64,000 bases of DNA from the NCBI GenBank assembly GCA_013239625.1, contig MU054204.1:272879-336878 (forward strand), written 5' to 3'. The notes under the pieces were generated by a model. That model saw only the letters and a program-made list of their open reading frames with translations, was not told the DNA's origin and did no database searches. This document shows, piece by piece, positions 25,770 to 37,700 of this stretch. This stretch comes from Lama guanicoe. Taxonomy: Eukaryota. The translations under genes were made by a program, and so were the position numbers. The first letter of the stretch is position 1. Every line of letters starts with the position of its first letter.

Positions 25770-26810
25770 AACTCTCTGGTAACAAACTTTTCTTCTTCTA
25801 GCTTTCTCATACCCCATTCTCTTTCCAGCCACTCTTACATATCATTCAGGCTGAAAATATCTTGTTCTCTTATTCTGTCAATCACCTTTTGATCACCATT
25901 GACCATGACTCTCCTTATTCTGCTCATTTAATCTGAACAACTGCATTCATTCATGGTTTTGACTACCACCTCTGTGCTCACAATTACATCTCTAGTTCTG
26001 ATCTTTCTCCAGAGCTCATATGCACAGCAGCCTGGTAAAAATCTCTGCAGGAAAACCCAACAGAAAATTGAAATGCACTGTGTATAAAGATAAATTCATT
26101 ATTTTGCTTACAAAACTCTCTCCCCTTCCAATAGTGGTTGGTGGTACTTTCATCCACTTCACCATCCAACTGGGAGAGACCTGAGTCACTTTTGATTCCT
26201 TGTTCTCCCTCACTAAGTCATGTTGATTGTTACCTCTCAAACACTTCCAGAATTTCTCTTCCTCCCTCCATTTCCACCACTATTGCCCCAGTTCCAGCCC
26301 TCATCATCTCTCGCCTGGACTATTTCAGTAGCCCTCTCAGCTGTCTCAGATCTGTCTGCCAACGTGTTGCTACAGAAACAAATCTAAAATACAAATTCAA
26401 TTATATTAATCTCCTGCTGGAAACTTGTCTGGGGCCTTCATTACTCAGAGACATGGTAGATAAGACATCTTATATCTTCATCCCTATGCATACCTGCAAC
26501 TTCATCTGGCACTTCTTATCTTGGCTTTTATGCTAGAGCAATACCTTTCCCCAAGAATTTCATGCTATTTATCAGCTCTATGACTCTGATTCTACTGCAT
26601 TCTCTGCTTTCTACTTGGAGCATACTTCCCCTTAGTTAATGCCTTCATATTAACCTTTAAGATTCAGATCTGGTGTTGTTTCTAAGATACTTTCTTTGAT
26701 GCCTTGGGTTGAGTTAGGTGGACTTTCTCTGGCTCCTACAGGACTCTAGTAGCTTTGATCACATTGTATTGAAATAATCTGTGTCTCCATGTATCTTCCC
26801 TGTTAGACTA
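25770..26810 (+). mobile_element. L2
   Basis: ccagccctcatcatctctcgcctggacta; tcacattgtattgaaat; tail resumes at ~27520-27600. Confidence 0.75.
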
Positions 26811-26900
26811 GACTGAGAGTTGGCAAAGTACAGCCTATGGGCTAAACCTAGCCCACCCCCTGCTTTTGTATGGCCTGCTACTGAGAGTGATTTTTTAAAA

Positions 26901-27018
26901 AAATTTTTTGGGGGGGAGGGAGATAAATAGGTTTATTTATTTACTTTTTAGAGGAGATACTGGGAATTGAACCCAGGAACACGTGCATGCGCTCTACCAC
27001 TTTTAGCTATACCCTCCC
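26901..27018 (-). mobile_element. vic-1-like SINE
   Basis: ggagatactgggaattgaacccagg...agctataccctcccc; TSD ctactga(g/a)agtg(a)ttttttaaaa. Confidence 0.88.
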
Positions 27019-27065
27019 CTACTGAAAGTGTTTTTTAAAAGATATTTTTAAATGGTTGGGGAAAA

Positions 27066-27254
27066 TAGATAAACAACAGGTTTCTTCTGATTCACACAAG
27101 GAACTATATTCAATATCTTGTAGTAACCTATAACGAAAAAGAATATGAAAAGGAATATGTGCATGTATATGTATGGCTGAAACATTATGCTGTACACCAG
27201 AAATTGACACCACATTGTAAACTGACTGTACTTCAATAAATAAAAATAATTAAA
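27066..27254 (+). mobile_element. Young L1 3' tail
   Basis: TSD taaatg(g/a)ttggggaaaa at 27049-27065 and 27255-27271. Confidence 0.92.
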
Positions 27255-28259
27255 TAAATGATTGGGGAAAAGAAACCAAAGAATAGGATTTCAGGACAGG
27301 TGAAAATTATATGAAACTCACATTTCCATGTCCATAAATGAAGTTTTATGGGAGCAGAACCATGCTTATTCATTTACGTCTTTATCTATAGCTGCTTTCA
27401 CACTACAATGGTGCAACTAAGGAGTTGTGACAGAACCTGTCAGAACCTGACCTGAAAAGCCTAAACTGCTTATTGTTTGGTCCTTTACAGGAAAAAAAAA
27501 TGCTGGTGCTTAGCCCTGGACTAGAAGAGGCATGAGGGGAGGGGCTGCTCTGTATTCATTGTTGTGTTCCTAGCACCTATGATATCATATGGCACATAGG
27601 AAAGACTGGGGATTTTTTTTAACACATCCTGATGTAGGGAAGTAGAGAATATAAGTAATTGATCCCCTTGATAATTATAGTTTTCATGGTCACCTAAATT
27701 GGCATTTCATTCAGTCTTTTATAAGTATGGTTATTTATGAGACTGTTTTTAATGAATCAACTCTAGGTACACTGATGCAAAAAACAAAAAAAAAAATCTG
27801 GTTTTTGTCCCTGTAAACTTGGGGTCCAGATTTTGGAACATGATTATGAAAGGGAGCTGTCCTGCCATATCTTGGGGTTTTGTCCAAGCTATCTTCCAAC
27901 CTCCTTAGCTGACCTCTCTCTTTTGTCAATATATTCCTGTCATCTACAATTATATGGAAGGGGTTAAAACTCAGGAAAACTGTATTCGTCCAATCAAGTA
28001 TTAATCTATCAGGGATAGGAGGCGCTCCACAGTTGACACAGTGTTAGAGAAGTCCTGGAAAGGCAAGAGGTGGAAGAGTCAAGGTCATTTTTTCATGTAT
28101 TGTCATTCTATTTTACCTGGGTCCATCCTCTGTATCTGCAAACCAGCTAAGGTCTCTCCCATCTTGAAAATAATCTTTGTCAGATCTCTGTTTATCTTTA
28201 ACCATTACCATTTGTTCTTTCATGGCTAAGCTACCTTGAGAAGTTGTCTACACTCATGG

Positions 28260-28455
28260 TCTGTGGCAACATCTGGCCTGCCACCTGTTTTTGTAAATAA
28301 AGTTTTATTGGAACACAGGCATGTTCATTGATCTGTGTGTTGCTTTTATACCACAATGGCAAAGTTGAGTAGTTCCAACGGAGAACATAAGGCCCTCAAC
28401 GCCTACAATATTTACTACCTGGCTCTTTATAGAAAAAGTTTGCTGACTCTTGGTA
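28260..28455. mobile_element. MER58A-like MITE
   Basis: atctggcctgccacctgtttttgtaaataaagttttattggaacacag...ctctttatagaaaaagtttgctgac. Confidence 0.88.
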
Positions 28456-28699
28456 TCAGGCATCCTCCAGAAAGAGGATCTTGAGACTCTATCTAGAGGT
28501 TAAAAAGACTGAAAGAGAACCACCACACTGTATAAGTGAGACTGAATTAAATATCACAGAAGGTTTAAGTCCACAAACAAGTGAAGCAGACCAATTAATT
28601 CTTGAGATTCTATTCTTTTGAATTTGAGTGATGATGTGGTTGGTATGAGGCGCAAGGAACGGTATTTGTTTTCACCCAATTCTGTGTTTGCTTGCTTGC

Positions 28700-29095
28700 T
28701 TCCTCCCATTCAAAAGATGTTCACAGAGTGCTCCAGGTAGTCTAGATCCTGAGCTGACTGCTGGGGATACCATAGAGAGTAAAACACACACATTCCCTGC
28801 TCGTATGGAGCTTAGAGTCTATTGTGTTTGATCCTGGCATGACTTTGAGCAAATTTACATAACATCTTTTAGCCATTCTTTTCCCTCCGGTATAATGGGA
28901 ATACTAATGCCTCTTTTGCAAGTTTGTTGTAAGGATTAAATGAGATTATATATATTTTTCCCCCAAGTCATTCAAAGAATATTTATTGAGCACCAACTAT
29001 GTGCTAGACACTATTCCAGGTATTGGTGCTACAGCAATTCATACAATAGATTTAAAAAGAAGATCTTGCCCTCACAGAAACTGCATTTTAGTCAA
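28700..29095. mobile_element. L2, MIR and L2 fragments
   Basis: ccctgctcgtatggagcttag; gttgtaaggattaaatgagat; atatttattgagcaccaactatgtgctag. Confidence 0.7.
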
Positions 29096-29640
29096 ATATA
29101 TGAAAGTCCCTGAAACACAGGGCTTTTGATGACTGTTGTTTTCCTGAGTAAACAAAAGGAAGGCAGTGCTTAGCCTTTAGTACTGATTTTAGCAGGGAAT
29201 ACAACATTGGTTAAAACTTCATTACACAAATTTCCTTTTTCCCTACCCTGATGAAACTAGCCCACAAGCTATATAGTGGATACACGGACTGTGAGTATAG
29301 CTTCAGTACCACCATTCCTCCTTTTAAGACCACCAAGACCAGTGTTCAGATCCGATGGGAAAGGGAACCAGCGGGTACGCATTTCCTTGTGATGTCTAGC
29401 ACTTTTGACAACATAGACTAGGTGCTATTATCAATCGTAGAGTATCTTAATAATTGCCCATCAGAATAATCATTCGGTTGGATACCACAAGTTGTGAAAA
29501 ACAGCCAGCTCCAAATTGGTTTACTTCTGCTTCCTTAAGTGTGCCTCTTTGCCTTCTCTGTGTTGTTCCTAGACCCAGAAAAGTTTTCACCCCTCTCTGC
29601 CAAACCAAGGACTGGCCAAACACTAAAGTCAAGCTGCAGG

Positions 29641-30150
29641 CAAATACCATATGATCTCACTCATGTGTGGAATCTGAAAAAAAAAGACACAAATGAACTT
29701 ATGTACAAGACAGAAACAGACTCACAGACATAGAAAACAAACTTATGGTTACCAGCAGGGGAAAGGAGGAGGGGAGTGATAAATTGGGAGTTCAGGATTT
29801 GCAGATACTAACTACTATATATGAAATAGATACACAACAAGTTTATGCTGTATAGTGCAGGGAACAATATTCAATATCTTGTAGGAACCTATAATGAAAA
29901 AGAATATGAAAATGAAAAAAAGATATATAGAAGTAAAATATATGACAATAAAAGCATAAAGGATGGCAAGGGGAAATGAAAATGTACTGTTTTAAGATTC
30001 TTACACTTATATGTGAAGTGATATAATATTTGAATATAGATTATAAGTTAAAGGTGTATACTGTAAACTCTAAAGTAACAACCAAAAATTAAATAAAGTA
30101 AAGAAGTATGGATAATAGGCAATAAGGGAGATAAAATTTAAAAAAATAAA
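29641..30150 (+). mobile_element. Young L1 3'UTR fragment fused to an older L1 fragment
   Basis: caaataccatatgatctcac...gaatatgaaaatgaaaaaaa, then gaagtaaaatatatgacaataa...gtaaactctaaagtaacaac. Confidence 0.8.
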
Positions 30151-30379
30151 GGAAAATGGCTGTCAGAGCTTACAAGGGGCTCTCTCTAATCACTGTATTC
30201 AGCAACCCCATTTTACAGGTGAACAAACTGAGGCCCAGGACAAGAAAAGGCTCTAAGTTCACATAACTTGGAAGTAACAGGGGCAGGAGTAAACCAGCAG
30301 CTTCTGCTTACCAGTCAAGCATTCTTCCCACTGTTTCTGGGATGTCTTACATTTTCTGCCCTCTCTAGGAAGCCTTCCT

Positions 30380-31510
30380 GCACTTGAGGGAAACAGCTTC
30401 TTCCTACACCCAAAGTACGTTCATGATCCCATTGTTTACCTTCTCTTTTCCCTCTGCCAACTCTTCTTTTTTGAACTGATCCACATCCAAGTGTTTCACC
30501 TCTCTCCTAGATGCAGGGTACTGCCTTCATCTGCCCAGTTTTACCTACTTTCTGAGCTGCGGACTCCCATTGCAAAGTATTACCCCCTCACCCAACCCCC
30601 CTGCCTAATAGCTCTATTTCTGTCCATGGCATATTTCCCAACCTTGTAAGTCAAGCTCACAACTGTAGGCTCCTCTTCAGTTCCCTCTTTTATCCCCAAC
30701 AGTCCCCAGGTCCTTTCTCAGGTCCTTCTGCAGTATTTCTAATGTCCATCTCATCTATCTCCTTTGCCTTCTTCCTACTACTGGCAGGGACTCATTACCT
30801 CTTATCTGGATGCCCTCCAGCTCATTCTCTGCAGTTCTGCCAAATGAATCTCCCTAAAGTACATCTCTGTATTCATTTCAATCAGCAGTAATTGTGCTCT
30901 GGGTAAACCTCATGAGTTATGAGATCTCAATTGTGCTTAGCCTGGGTCATGTCATTTTCTTCCTCAAAAAAAAAAAAAAAAAAAAACAACGCCCCCAGAA
31001 TTAAGTCCCAAACCTTCATTTCAGCCTTGAAGACCCTGTATAGATGGGTATAAAGAACCTTTTTTCTATCCTTATGTCCCTGAAACCTCAGGGATATGTA
31101 TTTACAAAGTTTATCTCCTCACTTGGACATACCCAATTCTTTCACTTTGCCCTGGTCGTCATCCTCCTCTACTTCCTGGAGAAATTTTGCTCCTTTGAGC
31201 CCTCCTCTCCTTATTTTTCACATATCGTCAGCCTGTTAGCTTTCTCTTTGACCTAGGTCCTTCCTCTGTCCATCCTCTTTATCTGCAAACCAGCTCAGGG
31301 TCTCTCCCAGCTTGAAAATAACTTTTGTCAGATCTTTGTTTATCTTTAGATATTACTCTCTGTTCTTTCATAGCTAAACTACCTTAAAAAGTTGTCTACA
31401 CTTGCTATTTCTACTCTGCCACCTTCTGTCCATAAGCACAACCCATAAGAACCTCATTCTGCCCCCCACTGCATTCCTTAAGTGACTCTGATCAATATTA
31501 CCAGTGACCT
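30380..31510 (+). mobile_element. Degenerate L2
   Basis: ctcattacctcttatctgga; aagttgtctacacttgc..; gactctgatcaatattaccagtgacc. Confidence 0.55.
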
Positions 31511-31511
31511 G

Positions 31512-31678
31512 TTTGTTAGCTTCCATGTCTTGGCTATTGTAAATATGAACATTGGGATACATGTATCTTTTCAAATTAGAGTTTTTCTTTTTTTTTCCAG
31601 GTATATACCCAGCAGTAGAATTGCTGGATCATATGGTAGTTCTAGTTTTGTAAATGAACCTCCATACTGTTTTCCATG
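31512..31678 (-). mobile_element. L1 ORF2 C-terminal fragment
   Basis: cttccatgtcttggctattgtaaa...ttgctggatcatatggtagttcta. Confidence 0.88.
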
Positions 31679-31774
31679 ACTGCAGCTGTTAGTTATTTAA
31701 AGCAATGAACTTTTTAAAGTTCTTATCTTACTTCCCTTCTGCATTAGTATGCTAGGGCTGCCATACAGCTTAAA

Positions 31775-32720
31775 ATTAAAAAAAATAAATAAATGGGCAG
31801 AAGACCTAAGTAGACATTTCTCCAAAGAAGACATTCAGATGGCCAACAGGCACATGAAAAGGTGTTCAATATCACTAAGTATTAGAAAAATCCAAATCAA
31901 AACTGCAGTGAGGTATCACTTCACATCAGTCAGAATGGCCATCATTAAAATGTCTACAAATAATAAATTCTGGAGAGGACATGGGGAAGAAGGAACCCTC
32001 CTACACTGTTGGTGGGAATGTAAATGATGCAGCCACTATGGAGGACAGTATAGAACCTCCTTAAAAAATGAAAAATAGACTTACCATATGATCCAGCAGT
32101 CCCACTTCTTGGCATATATCTAGAGAAAACTCTAATTTGAAAAGATATGTGCACCCTAATGTTCATAGCAGCACTTTCTACAATAGCCAAGACATGGAAG
32201 CAACCTAAATGTCCATCAATAGATGACTGGATAAACAAGATGTGGTGTATTTATACAATGAAATATTACTCGGCTATGAAAAAGAATGAAATAATGCCAC
32301 TTATAGCAACATGGATGGACCTAGTGATTATCATATTGAGTGAAGTAAGTCAGGCAGAGAAAGACAAATATTATGATGTTGCTTATATGTGGAATCTAAG
32401 AAAGATAAAAATTTTATTTATAAACCAGAAATAGACTCACGGACATAGAAAACAAACTGGTTACCAGGGGGAGAGAGGGGAGAGATAGATTAGAAGTTTG
32501 GGATTAACAGATACACATTACTATATATAAAATAGATGAACAATAATTTTCTTCTGTATAGCTCAGAAAACTATAGTCAATATCTTATATTAACCTATAA
32601 TGAAAAAGAGCATAAAAATGAATATATGTATGTACATATATGACTGAAACATTATGTTGTACACCAGAAATTGACACAACATTGTAAACTGACTATACTT
32701 CAATTAAAAAGTTAAAAAAA
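31775..32720 (+). mobile_element. L1 3' end
   Basis: ORFs 31749-32027 ([26 protein letters not shown]) and 32147-32434; tail ctgactatacttcaattaaaaa. Confidence 0.95.
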
Positions 32721-33936
32721 GAATATAACCCTATTTATCTCTACACAAGCTTCCACTCTATGCTATGCCCATATTCAACTGCATATTGAACTATAACATC
32801 ATCTCCCATATCTCTTTTCACATTCTGCTCTTTCTTCCTGGAACGATGACTGTTCCCTCCTACTCTTTGCTTAGCTAACCCAAGACTTGACTAAGGCTTT
32901 ACCACTTGTAAGACAATTTCCTTAGCTCTTTCATCCCTGGACTGTATTAACTTTTCCTCCCATAAACAACACCCTTTGATTTCCTCTATCTAGAACTGCA
33001 TATTCTATATTGTAATAGCCTGTTTACTCACCTGTTTCCCCCTGTAAATTTTGGGCAGTGTCCATGTGTTATTTATTCTTGTATTTCTAGTATAGCCATC
33101 ATCGTGCCTAGCAAGGATACAAGCTCAATACTCATTGAATACCTAACTGAATTGAATGAATGTGTGCCAGGCAAAGGCAATCAGGGTTACTGGAGTGAGG
33201 AGTAAAAGCTGAGAATCCCAGGGGTGTTGGGTTGACAGACTTCCAAATACTGGAAAAGTGAGGTGGTAGATTCAGTACACTAAATAAATATGAGTCAAGA
33301 TGAGTCCAAAGTTTCTTGCTTAATTGGCTAGATGGAACTGGATTTATTGAGTGCATACTAGGCACTGAGCATTTGACTCTGTATTTTATGTACATTATAT
33401 CAGAAGGCAAGAAAATAATGAGCTTGGTTTTGGTCATGCAGAGATTGAAGTATTTGTAAGATCTCTTTCTAAAATGTCTAACAGGCAATTGTACCTATAA
33501 TTCTTGGGTATAAGAAAGAAACAAGGACTCAGTAGTCAGACTGAGAGTTAGTTTGGTATATGGTCATTGAACCCATAGAGGGAGGTGGGAGGAGGTCTTC
33601 CAAAAAGGGTAGTATAGAGGGGAAGGGAAGAGGACTGGACAAAATCCTGGGGGACATATATTTAAGTGCTAAGCACAGTGAGAGGAACTCTTCCTCCCTT
33701 CCTTCCTTTCTCCCTCCCTCCTGTCCTTCCTTCCATTCTTCCTTCCTTCCTCAGACAAATACTTACTAGGGCCATACTCTGTGCCAGGTATTCCTATAGG
33801 AACTGGGGATATAGCAGTGGACAAAATAGTTCTTTCCATCACGAAACTGATATTCCAGTAGGGATAGTGGAAATAGAAAATAATCACAAACAAATAAACA
33901 TTATATAGTATCAGTTTGTGATAAGTCCTATAAAGA

Positions 33937-34930
33937 AATCTTTGACAAAGGAGGCAAGAACATACAATGAAGTAAAGACATTCCCTTCAGCAAATGGTGT
34001 TGGGAAAACTGGACAGCAGCATGTAAATCAGTGAAGTTAGAATACTCCCTCACACCATACACAAAAATAAATCCAAAATGGCTTAAAGACGTAAACATAA
34101 GACAAGACACTATAAACCTCTTAGAAGAAAACGTAGGCAAAACATTATCTGACATAAATCTCAGCAATGTTCTCCTAGGGCAGTCTACCCAAGCAATAGA
34201 AATAAAAGCAAAAATAAACAAATGGGACCTAATTAAACTTATAAGCTTTTGCACAGCAAAGGAAACCATAAGCAAAACAAAAGATAACCTGCAGAATGGG
34301 AGAAAATAGTTGCAGAAGATGAGATTGACAAGGGCTTAATTTCCAGAATATATAAACAGCTCATATGACTTAATAAGAAAAAAACAAACAACCCAATCCA
34401 AAACTGGGCAGAAGACCTAAACAAGCAATTCTCCAGTGAAGACATACCAATGATCAACAGGCACATGAAAAAAATGCTCAGTATCACTAATTATCAGAGA
34501 AATGCAAATCAAAACTACAATGAGGTATCACCTCACACCAGTCAGAATGGCCGTCATTCAAAAATCCACAAATGACAAATGCTGGAGAGGCTGTGGAGAA
34601 AAGAGAACCCTCCTACACTGTTGGTGAGAATGTAGTTCAGCCACTGTGGAAAACAGTATGGAAATTCCTCAAAAGACTAGGAATAGACTTACCATATGAC
34701 CCAGGAATCCCACTCCTGGGCATATATCCAGAGGGCACCTTAATTCAAACAAGTTCATACTGTATAGTATAGAGAACTATATTCAATATCTTGTAACTTA
34801 TGGTGAAAAAGAATATGAAAACGAATATATGTATATTCATGTGTGACTAAAGCATTATGCTGTACACCAAAAATTAACACAACATTGTAAACTGACTATA
34901 CTTCAATAAATATATATGTATGTGTATACA
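33937..34930 (+). mobile_element. Young L1 3' portion with internal deletion
   Basis: ORF2 peptides ([38 protein letters not shown]); jump at ~34750 into the distal 3'UTR. Confidence 0.95.
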
Positions 34931-35535
34931 AAAAGAGGAAAAACTTGCAACACAACTTTAAAAAGAAAAGAAAAAGATAAAAATGTAAGAGTATATAAAA
35001 TGACTGAATGTGGGTATAATTGGTTTAATGGGGGCAGAAGAGTCTTTAGCCAGTTCAGGGAAGTCTTCTGTAAAGATATTTGAACTAAGAATTAAATGAT
35101 GAGAGTGAGGCAGCCATATAAAGATCTGGGGAGAAGAACATTCCAGGCAGAGGGACATCAAGTATAAAGGCCCTTAAATGGGAGAATACATGATGTATTC
35201 AAGGATCAGAAAGCTGAAACTAGAGTGTATTAAGCAAAAAGAAGCATGAAAGGAGATGAAGAGGTAGTCAGGGACACAATCGCATAGGGCATTGTAAACA
35301 CTGGTAAGGAGCTCAAATTTATTCTGATTGCAAGAGGGAACCTGGTCTAAGCAGGACAGTGCTGTGATTTATTTTGAACTTGGAGATGAACACTCTGGCT
35401 GCTATATGGAGAATAGACTGTAGGGGGCAGAGAGGAAGCAGGGAAATTTGTTAGGAGGCTAATTGCAATAATTCAGGCTAGAGGTGATTATGGACTGGGC
35501 TTGGGTTTTAGTAATGGAGGTAGTGAAAAGTAGTT

Positions 35536-35699
35536 GGATGTGGAATTTGTTTGGGAGGACCTGTTAATGGCTTAGGTGTGAGCTGGGCAGCATTGTGGAA
35601 TGAGTAGGCAAGGAATAGGATGTGGAATTTGTTTGGGAGGACCTGTTAATGGCTTAGGTGTGAGCTGGGCAGCATTGTGGAATGAGTAGGCAAGGAATA
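35536..35699. repeat. Perfect 82-bp tandem duplication
   Basis: ggatgtggaatttg...ggcaaggaata at 35536-35617 and 35618-35699. Confidence 0.97.
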
Positions 35700-37289
35700 A
35701 GAAGTTCCTTGGTTTTGGCCTGAATAACTGGATGGTGCTACTCTTACTGAGGTGGGTAAAGACTGGAAGAGGAGCGAGTTTGGTGAGTGGTAAGAAGGTA
35801 TAGGAAATAAATAGCCCAGTTTTGTACATGCTAAGTTTGAGATGTCCCCTGGGCAGCTCCATGCTAGCATTTACCAAGAAATTAGATAGATGAATCTAAA
35901 GTTCAGGAAATAAGTCAATATTAAATATTTAAATTTTAGAGTCACCCTATGATAATTAAAGCTTTGAGACTAGATGAAATCTCTAATTGATTAAGTGTAG
36001 ACAGGAAAGAGGAGAGGTCCCCGAACTGAGCCCTGGGATACTCCAATATTTCAAGGTTCGGCAGATTAAGAGCAAAAAAAAAAAAAAAAAAAAAAACTGA
36101 GACATGACGAGTTGACCAGTGTAGTGGGAGAAAACCAAAAGAGAGTGGCGTCTGCAACCCAAGTGGAGAAATTGATTGAAGAAAAAGTGAGTAGTCAACT
36201 GTGTCAAATGTTAATGAGACATTGATTCTGAGAATTGACTATTGATTTTGGCAATATGGAAACGATTGGCAACCTGGACGATGGAAGGCTGGAGACAAAA
36301 GCCTGAAAGGATTGTTTCATGAACGGATGGGAAGTGAAGATAATAAGAATTCCTACGTGTTTAGCTGTGAAGGGGTACAGAAAAGTGGAGGATTAGCTGA
36401 AGGGCAACTGGGATCAAGAAAGAGAGATTTAATATTAAATATCTGACTATTTAATATGAAATAACTGACTGCTAATGGGGTAATCCAGTAGTGAGGGAGA
36501 AATGGATGATGTAGAAAAGAAGGGATAATTACAGTAGCAAAGTCCTTGGGAGGTCAGAGCAGACGTAGAAGATAGAACTTTTATTTAAAAAAAATAAGGA
36601 TAGTCATCTATATTATAAAGAGGTAAGGCAAAGTAGATTGGTAATGAAGTGATGGGAAGATGAGTACATTCTCTTTTCAAAACTTCTCTATTTAAGTCAA
36701 ATATGAGGGGAAGTTATCAGCTGAGAGTGAAAGGAGAAAAGGGGCATTAAAGAAAAAGAAGGGGCAATATATGGAGGAGTGGAGGAGGAGACATATGGGA
36801 GAATGGTGTCATGGAAACCAAGGGCAGGGGGAGGATTTCAAGAAAGAGCAAGCCATCGATCAGTACTGTTAAATGCTCTTGCATTGAAGGTGTATGAATA
36901 TTGAATAGAGGCCATTGGGTTTGCTAATTAGATTATCATTTGACATTGGCAGAGAAGGCTTCATTTAAACATTAGGGGCAGAGTCCCAATTTCAATGAAG
37001 GGTAAATGTGATATAAGGAATTGTATTTATAAACAACATTCTTTAGAACATGAGGCAGGGGATAAGAAGTTGGAGAGGACCTATTTATCTCCTTTATTAG
37101 TCTGTGAATTCCTTGAGGGAGAGGAATATGTCAGATTCACAGGGTATACCTAGTGACTTGTACAGGGTATGGCCCTGCTGGTTTTCAATAAAAGTTAAGC
37201 ATGTGAGTGAATGAATGAATTCTGCACCCAGGAAGATCAACAAAATCTTTTAAGATGTTCTTTTGAGAAATTGGATCTGTTCTACTACC

Positions 37290-37700
37290 TTCAAAACAAG
37301 TGGTTGGAAAAATAGAAAGGTGCTACTGTATGCTAGAGGAATGTAGATGACAAAGGAAGTAGTTCAAATGCAATCTGTGGTTTTTGAACACCTGCACCAC
37401 TGCCCAGTCTATAGGCAGAGACCTGGAAAGTCTGAGCCCAGAACTGTAAGAAATTAGATGGTGCTCTCTGCATAGCGTCGGAAATACTGAGGTGGCTAGA
37501 AGTTGTGACGAGGTTGCAAAGTTTCCTCTGCCAATGTTAGCTTAAGAGTCAGCCAGTTGACTTTTGGAGAAGGGAGGGAATAGAGCATGAGAGCCATATT
37601 GCTGTATTTGAAGGGTATAAATACAACATATGATGAATTGCATAGATTGGAATCAGTGTTGATCCGAGCATAATTAGATGAAGTCAAGATAAGGGCTATG
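37290..37700 (+). mobile_element. Possible ancient CR1/L3 remnant
   Basis: Weak resemblance (gagacctggaaagtctgagcccag; ttgctgtatttgaag) to L3 3' ends. Confidence 0.3.

Larger units (their letters stand above)
26812..27520. mobile_element. MER58B-like hAT element with nested SINE and L1 tail
   Basis: gttggcaaagtacagcc..gctaaacctagcccacc..; gtccataaatgaagttttatggga; tggtcctttacaggaaaaa. Confidence 0.75.
33750..36990 (-). mobile_element. Long L2 interrupted by L1
   Basis: ctctgtgccaggtattc..; gaacattccaggcagaggga; ctctggctgctatatggaga; gagaattgactattgattttggcaa. Confidence 0.8.

Noticed and set aside
31512..32720. Adjacent opposite-strand L1 pieces suggesting a twin-priming inversion
   Set aside because: The two pieces cover overlapping L1 coordinates and differ in sequence, so they are independent insertions.
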